DNA of 63,954 nt, counting the filler, from Thraustochytrium aureum (lineage: Eukaryota): the NCBI GenBank assembly GCA_012862495.1. It is 7 parts of 6 records of this genome, joined end to end, with 100 filler letters (N's around TTAATTAATTAA, not from the genome) between each part and the next. Parts side by side here need not be neighbours in the genome. Positions count along the whole stretch, not along the records: positions 55,229 to 59,119 come from BLSG01000090.1; positions 59,220 to 60,473 come from BLSG01000090.1; positions 60,574 to 62,827 come from BLSG01000091.1; positions 62,928 to 63,954 come from BLSG01000136.1; 3 more parts are not named here. One strand, written 5' to 3'. The position numbers were made by a program, and so were the translations under genes. The notes beneath the pieces are model-generated. The model was not told where the DNA came from. It ran no database searches and was given only the letters and a program-made list of their open reading frames with translations. Below, in pieces: positions 58,201 to 63,954 of this stretch (position 1 is its first letter; every line of letters starts with the position of its first letter).

Positions 58201-58514
58201 TCCTAGAGGTCCGTGGGGGGAAGCTGGACCGGGATATCCTCCAAGAAGACCGCTCCCTGTTCGTTGCGTTCGACACGTTTGAGGAGCTCGACAGCTGGCG
58301 CGGCGCTATCGAGCGCTCGCTCTTTGACGCCACAGACGGCACCCAGCGCAGACAAAAGACGCGCTTCGCGGGGAGCGGCGAGGCAGAATCGGACTCTGGA
58401 ACTGTCGAGAGCTTTGGCGAGCAGTTGCGGTGCAAAAACCCGTTTTGTCTTGCCCTGAACAACACCCTTTACGGCGCTGTTTGCCTGCAGTGCGGTGAGC
58501 CGCTCATCGTTTAG
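55229..58514 (+). CDS. Myosin (5' truncated): motor C-half, IQ motifs, charged tail, PH domain, C-terminal Cys4 motif; frameshift near 57540 and gap
   Basis: LHLGNV, ARDAIAKDVYARLFDW, GVLDIFGFE, EQLLINYANERLQ, HFAGAVTY, FVRCIKPN and GMTKVF. IQ motifs AATKIQQLGRGY and QKLFRG. PH-like NWKRRYFVL...EELDSWRGAI. C-terminal CKNPFC...CLQCG. Confidence 0.88.
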
Positions 58515-58625
58515 GCGTCGCGATCGCGACGCGTCACGTACAAATTTATTGAAAGGCGAAGATTGTGTATTGTGAGCATCTTGCTAGTTCTCGATCGGAT
58601 GGGGTTTGTCGGTAGAGTTTGCGTT

Positions 58626-58967
58626 TCACCTGCCCAGGCATGCGCGCGGGCTCTGCAGTACGAATTCCATCACGTTCTGCGGCGAGCCGGGCGACCGCGG
58701 GCCCGCCATCCTCGCCTCCTCAAACTCTTGCACAACCGCAATGAGCCCGCCGGTAAACTTGCTTCCTGGGGACCCAGGTCCAACCCGCGGGCTCGTCGGC
58801 GGCGACCCGCTGCTTTCCGCGCCCACCTCCTCAACGGCCCCAGCAAAGATCCTCACCTGATCAAGCGGAGCCGGCTTCATCGGCGCCCACTCCGCAAACC
58901 CGCGCGCCTTGCGCTCGGGCGCTTCCTTGGCGCGCAGGAGCTCTTCGGCCGCAGCATCAAACTCCAT
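58626..58967 (-). CDS. Small hypothetical Ser/Pro-rich protein
   Basis: ATG-started ORF MEFDAAAEELL... with protein-like composition; no recognised motif. Confidence 0.4.
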   Translation of the reverse strand: MEFDAAAEELLRAKEAPERKARGFAEWAPMKPAPLDQVRIFAGAVEEVGAESSGSPPTSPRVGPGSPGSKFTGGLIAVVQEFEEARMAGPRSPGSPQNVMEFVLQSPRACLGR

Positions 58968-59163
58968 CGCGGCCCACTGCAGCAACAACAACGAAACCAA
59001 CCGACGACTCCGAGGGCCGCAACCGAGAGAAGAAACCGATACAGCCCACGCGACGCAAGCCAAACCCAACGCGCAAAAGCCTCCCGCGGGCTCCTCCTGC
59101 TGCTGCTGCTGCTGCTGCTNNNNNNNNNNNNNNNNNNNNNNNNNNNNNNNNNNNNNNNNNNNN

Positions 59164-59175
59164 TTAATTAATTAA
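59164..59175. other. Artificial contig spacer
   Basis: N-flanked TTAATTAATTAA. Confidence 0.97.
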
Positions 59176-59219
59176 NNNNNNNNNNNNNNNNNNNNNNNNN
59201 NNNNNNNNNNNNNNNNNNN

Positions 59220-59580
59220 TCGCTCGGCCGTGCCAGGTCCCCGATGAAGGCTTGCTGTGTGACCTCCTGTGGGCCGACCCTGACCGCGACCTGGTCGGCT
59301 GGGCGCACAGCGACCGCGGTGTCTCGTACACGTTTGGAGCAGACGTGATCCGCGACTTTCTCGACAAGCACGACCTGGACCTCGTATGTCGCGCGCACCA
59401 GGTCGTTGAGGACGGATACGAGTTTCAAGCCGACCGCAAGCTGGTCACATCTTTTCCGCGCCCAATTACTGTGGCGAATTCGAGAACGCGGGCGGGATGA
59501 TGAGCGTGTCCGAGGACCTTATGTGCTCTTTCCAGGTTCTCAAGCCGGCGAGCTGCAAAGGCGTTGTGAAGCGGAAGTGA
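59220..59580 (+). CDS. Ser/Thr phosphatase PP1-type catalytic subunit, C-terminal fragment; 1-nt frameshift near 59449
   Basis: [38 protein letters not shown], then in the shifted frame [29 protein letters not shown]. Confidence 0.92.
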
Positions 59581-59816
59581 CCGCGTGATGAGGTTGCCCT
59601 CCCCGCACAAGAACTTGTGGTATGTGGAATGGTATGGTACACATTTTTTTTACCTGCAACACTGTTCGATCAATGGAGCCCAGCGTTTTGCTGGGGAACC
59701 GTGATCCGCCGGAGAGGACAGGCGCCCGCGTCTTCAGCACTTGTGGGTCGAATTCCCTTGCCGATTGTTGTTACTCTCTAGCTCTAGCTAGTAGAGAGAG
59801 CTGGAGAGAGCTCTAG

Positions 59817-60473
59817 CTAGAAGCTATCACTGGCCAGCCGCTTGAGGGCGTGCTGCGCCATCGACAGCGCGGACAGCAGCTCGCCCTTGATGACATACTC
59901 AGCCAGCCATTGCATGCTCTCGATGTGCTCGGCATCGCTGCAAATGTCGGGGCGCAGGTCCTCTGCCTCCAGAAGCAGACACACCAACTCGAGCAGCTCT
60001 GGGTCGTAGGAGAGCTGCTCCTCGTAAACATCGAGCAACCGCCGCGCTGACACGAAGCTCATTGGGTCCCTGTTGCGCAGCGCCTCGAGCTCTTCTTCGC
60101 CAAGGTTATCCGCTGCGTCGTAGGCGAAGGGCGACGCTCCTGCGCTGTTCGCCATAGAGCCCCAAAAGGCTTCTTCGAGCGTCCATGCGGTAGCCCCCGT
60201 CTCTTCATTCCAATAGTATAGCTGGTTGGTCTCCACATCCATCATCTCTTGCCACGGGCCAGCCTCGACTGCACCGAGCGAGATTGACTGCAGCGGGGCA
60301 ACGGCTCCTGCCGCGCCCTCCTTGCTCTCGGGTGCGTTGAACTCGACTGCATCCGCCAGAGCGTCGCCAGCCTCGTTGTACGCGAATGAGGACCCTGATT
60401 CGTCCTCATACGCGACCCACCGCCCTTGCTGTTCGTAGCCTGCTTGCTGTTCGTAGCCTGCTTGCTGTTCGTA
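59817..60473 (-). CDS. WW-domain protein, 5' truncated, with YEQQAG tandem repeats
   Basis: Open frame from the contig edge: 18-bp YEQQAG repeats, degenerate WW-like RWVAYEDESGSSFAYNE, then PWQEMMDVETNQLYYWNEETGATAWT. Confidence 0.72.
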   Translation of the reverse strand, partial: YEQQAGYEQQAGYEQQGRWVAYEDESGSSFAYNEAGDALADAVEFNAPESKEGAAGAVAPLQSISLGAVEAGPWQEMMDVETNQLYYWNEETGATAWTLEEAFWGSMANSAGASPFAYDAADNLGEEELEALRNRDPMSFVSARRLLDVYEEQLSYDPELLELVCLLLEAEDLRPDICSDAEHIESMQWLAEYVIKGELLSALSMAQHALKRLASDSF

Positions 60474-60517
60474 NNNNNNNNNNNNNNNNNNNNNNNNNNN
60501 NNNNNNNNNNNNNNNNN

Positions 60518-60529
60518 TTAATTAATTAA
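60518..60529. other. Artificial contig spacer
   Basis: N-flanked TTAATTAATTAA. Confidence 0.97.
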
Positions 60530-61264
60530 NNNNNNNNNNNNNNNNNNNNNNNNNNNNNNNNNNNNNNNNNNNNTCAAGCAACGCGACATGAACCAAACCC
60601 GAGGAATTCTCGCACAAAAATGCACCTTTTCTACCTAGGCGCATACACCGAAGGTCAAAAGGCAGGGCCGGACCGCCAAATCCCTCAGGCCGCAAGCCAA
60701 AGCGCGCCGAAGCCGACGCGAAGCGCGCTCGAGCGAGGCCCGCGCCCGCGTAGCGAGCAGCCTGCATCCAAACCCACCGGCGCCAACCTATCCGTTGACG
60801 CACGCATTCTGGGACTTGTCCGTTTTCACCGTCACAATACCCACGTTATTTTCCCCGGTATTTGTTCTTTTTCTAAGAACATTCGGGTAAATTTGAGCCC
60901 TCGTGGGTCTTAAAGACAAGCGAGCTCTGCCCCCTCGGGAAAACATGCTCTGGGAACTTTTCTCCCAGACTGGGCTTCAACGCAAGACTGAGGAGACCAC
61001 AGCAGACCGCGAACGAAGCAGGCGAGCGAGCGGGCGAGCGAGGCAGGGACACGGCGCAGGAGGCGGTGCGGTGCTGCAGGCTGCGGCGCGCTGCGGCGCT
61101 TCGCGCTGTGCTGCTGCGCGCTGTGCTGCGGTGCGAAGGTCTGCTCTGCGAAGGTCTGCTCCGGAATTCAACCATTCCGCGGCGGTTGGGCTCGTTGTTG
61201 AAATACTGGGGAAAGGTGAGCGGAGAGGCGCGAACGCACGGCGCGCACGGGAAGGACGGCGGGG

Positions 61265-62827
61265 ATGAGCTCGCGGGGCAGCGGACGAGAGGAGGATGGC
61301 GAGGTCCCGATTGAGCAGCTCAAGGATATTGTGGCGAGGACGCTCGAGGCGAAAGGCGTGCTCGGGACGATTCGGGCGCAACTCCGGGCTGCCGTGTTTA
61401 CGGCGCTGGATGACCAGGAGCGGGTGAATGGGCTGCATTTGGAGAATGCGAGGGTCGAGCAGATTATGGCGGACGATAGAAGCATCATGCTCGCCGCGCT
61501 CCTGCACGAATACTTTGAGTTTTACGCGCTCGACCGCACCATGTCTGTTTTCGCACCGGAAGCCAACTGGTCGCCAGAGGCGTATCCAGGGCGGGAGCAG
61601 CTGGTACAAGACCTCAAACTCGACCCAGACCTTGCAGACGAGGCGGAGCGTCCACTTTTGCTTGACCTACTCTGGGACAGGCTCGATACACGGGGAGCGG
61701 CGCAGCCATCCAGCACACGGCATTCGGGGCTGCAGACGCGCCCGTCTGCCATCTCAACCGCGCAAAGCTCTTCCCGCTTCTCGCCCGGGGCCGACCAGTT
61801 TGCGATCCCAACTGATTATGCAAGTGACCAGGACCACGAATCAGAGTTTGGCGACGACAGCGAGGCCAATGTGTCGCCCCGCAACCAGAATGGTGACAAG
61901 GCGGGGATTTCGGCGCACTCGGGCGCAATTCCACATCAATCTGCGCCAGCCCCGCCACAATCAATCACGCGATCAGCGGCATCGTCTCCGGGCTCTGCCG
62001 GCCTCCCCGCCGTTGGTTCGCCTGGCCGATTCTCGAGTCTCTCCCCAGAATCTGTTGCGAGGTCAGCCGGCCTGTCGAGCGCCCCGCCCTCGCCAGGTTC
62101 GCGTTCTCGAGCACCCATCAAGTCTCCAGGGTTTGTTGTTGCGGGCGACAGCCTGTCTCGTTCTCAACAGGGGACGCCAGTCTCGCGCATCTCGTCCGTC
62201 AGCGCGCAGTCGCCGCGACACGTGGGGGGCGACGATGGGCCAGGCTCTGTCAGCGATGGCATTCGTAGCCCCGTGGCCAGCGGGCATGCGGGTTCGGCCA
62301 TAGGGTCGCCGGTGGAGTCTGTGGCAAGTGCAACTGAGAGCGCAACTTCTGGTGATGGGCAAGACCACGTTTTGGAACCCAGTGCGGCACACGCCAGCCC
62401 GTCTACGAGGAGCAGCATCTCTGCTGGTGGGCTTGACGACAACTCAACGATTGAATCACAGAACGTCGCAGCCCAAGGGTTAAGCGTTGGCCTTTCTGGT
62501 GCTGAAGCAACCCTTGAGCGCTTCCCTGGCGTATCCTCGACTGTGCAGAGCAGTCCTGATGGTTCGCTTGCGTCAAGAAGCGGTTCAGGATTGCGCTCGC
62601 CAGGCCTGGGACTGTTTACCCATAGCGACGAAATCGATGGTGCGCCAAGCGAGCAGAGCAGCCCTGCGAGCTCGACCCAATCTGCTGGCGCGAGCTCGCC
62701 TGGACGACGTTCAACAAAGTCGAGCAAGGGGCCGAGTTCGCAGGGGTTGCGCTCGCCAGGACAAATGTCCACGCACAACGAGTCTCATGCAAGCGAGGAC
62801 GAATCCGATGCTGAGATAAGCGAGCAC
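61265..62827 (+). CDS. CEP43: FGFR1OP/CEP43-like centrosomal protein (LisH/FOP dimerisation domain + Ser-rich tail), 3' truncated
   Basis: LKDIVARTLEAKGVLGTIRAQLRAAVFTAL and LLHEYFEFYALDRTMSVFAPEAN match the FOP/FOR20/TON1 N-terminus. The long disordered tail favours FOP over FOR20. Confidence 0.72.
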
Positions 62828-62871
62828 NNNNNNNNNNNNNNNNNNNNNNNNNNNNNNNNNNNNNNNNNNNN

Positions 62872-62883
62872 TTAATTAATTAA
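62872..62883. other. Artificial contig spacer
   Basis: N-flanked TTAATTAATTAA. Confidence 0.97.
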
Positions 62884-62927
62884 NNNNNNNNNNNNNNNNN
62901 NNNNNNNNNNNNNNNNNNNNNNNNNNN

Positions 62928-63927
62928 AGCCCGGGGATGTTGTGCTGGAGATCGGCTGCTCGTTTGGCAAGTGCACGGAAGCTATCGCTCGGGCCAACTG
63001 CGCACCAGACCGCATTCTCGCGCTCGACGTGAGCGAGGCCTGCGTCAAGGCCACCTCGGAGCGCGTGCCGCAGGCTACTACGCTGCGCTTGAACGCGATG
63101 CGGGAGTGGCGTCCCATGGTAGAGCACTTGAACGCGCTTCGGTCCGCCGCTGGCGCAGGGGACGCCGCGCCGGTTGTCATGGTTGACATTGGAGGCAACA
63201 GGGAGCTCGAGTCGGTGGTTGCGCTCCTGCCGTTTGTGTTGGTGAACATTAGGCCGCGCTTGCTTTTGTGCAAGTCAGAGTGCTTGTACGAAGCGGCGCG
63301 GAGTCTGGGCGGCCTCAACGAGCAGCACTGGATGGCGCTTCGCGAGAAAGCGGCCTCGGCAGTGCTCTTGCGGCGCGAGCAAGAGGCCAATCAGATCAAG
63401 TTCCGGCCGCACCAGGAGCCTCTGCGGGTAGCTTCGAACGGCGTTCCTATCTGCAGGTATCACAACTACGACTCGGCGTTGGGCTGTCTCCGAATTACGT
63501 CATGCGCAGAAACCCGCGGCACCGTATGCGAATTTGAGCACGGCTTTTGCCACGGTACGTTCGGCTGCTCGCTCCGCCCGCCTGCCTACCTCCCTTGTTT
63601 CTTGTGCGGGCTGTTGCTAACGAGGAGCGTGTTGTGATGGCAGCCTGCGGGCTTGAGGGCCACCGCGCTTTCGAGTGCGAGGACCCGCACCGCGACCGCA
63701 ACCTCGTTGAAACCTTGTTTGGTTTGCACGGCGGCGGCCATAACGCCGCCGCCGTGCTTACGCAGCCAAGCGCCGGTTCCGCCAAGTGCGGTGGCGATCG
63801 CCTTGCTACGGGGCCCACCGAGCTCTTGACACCAGTGGTGACCCTCCAGGCGTCAAATGGCGCAGTGGACGCTGCCGCAGTGGACGGTGCCGCAGTGGAC
63901 GCTGCCGCAGTGAAAAACGACGTTTAG
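62928..63927 (+). CDS. Class I SAM-methyltransferase-like protein with C-terminal zinc-binding motifs; 5' truncated, one predicted intron 63555-63643
   Basis: DVVLEIGCSFG (motif I), ILALDVS and VMVDIGGNR; Cys/His cluster ICRYHNY...CEFEH. Splicing creates CHACGLEGHRAFEC (CX2CX4HX4C). Confidence 0.68.
63555..63643 (+). other. Predicted 89-nt spliceosomal intron
   Basis: Donor G|GTACGT, branch-like GCTAAC at 63616-63621 and acceptor CAG. Removal joins two ORFs in frame and restores a zinc knuckle. Confidence 0.8.
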
Positions 63928-63954
63928 ACGTGTTAGATCCTTGACGATTGCGAT

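Noticed and set aside
58515..58532. Perfect 18-bp palindrome gcgtcgcgatcgcgacgc right after the myosin stop
   Set aside because: Single occurrence in GC-rich DNA, and intrinsic terminators are not expected for eukaryotic Pol II genes.
19283..62883. Six identical TTAATTAATTAA palindromes as a biological repeat or CRISPR-like array
   Set aside because: Each is flanked by uniform N runs and genes are cut at them, so they are artificial six-frame-stop spacers. Gene adjacency across them is not meaningful.
1..63954. rRNA, tRNA, CRISPR arrays, transposases or viral genes
   Set aside because: None were recognised by eye. Repeats may be hidden in the N gaps, and tRNAscan-SE/Infernal/RepeatModeler would be needed to exclude them.

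Overview
Gene-dense, GC-rich, almost intron-free eukaryotic draft sequence. Its content (myosin, kinesin-13, ARL3, CEP43, SART3, UTP18, PP1, P5A-ATPase, class C GPCR) points to a flagellated protist; a thraustochytrid/stramenopile-like organism is only a guess. The window is a pseudo-molecule: six artificial N-TTAATTAATTAA-N spacers join seven pieces, there are many N gaps, and many genes carry single-base frameshifts at short homopolymers that are probably sequencing errors. The main finding is an approximately 20 kb candidate innate-immunity island (28.8-48.8 kb) on one scaffold. It holds at least eight paralogous Toll-like receptor genes or remnants (Cys-rich ectodomain, Pro/Ser/Thr stalk, one TM helix, TIR or TIR-like domain), built from two ectodomain types and two cytoplasmic types in shuffled combinations. 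A head-to-head pair of dynamin-superfamily GTPases (one Mx-like, one bacterial-DLP-like) sits inside it. A second highlight is a PstS-like phosphate-binding domain fused to a class C GPCR 7TM domain. All domain calls are from motif recognition by eye; no searches were run.
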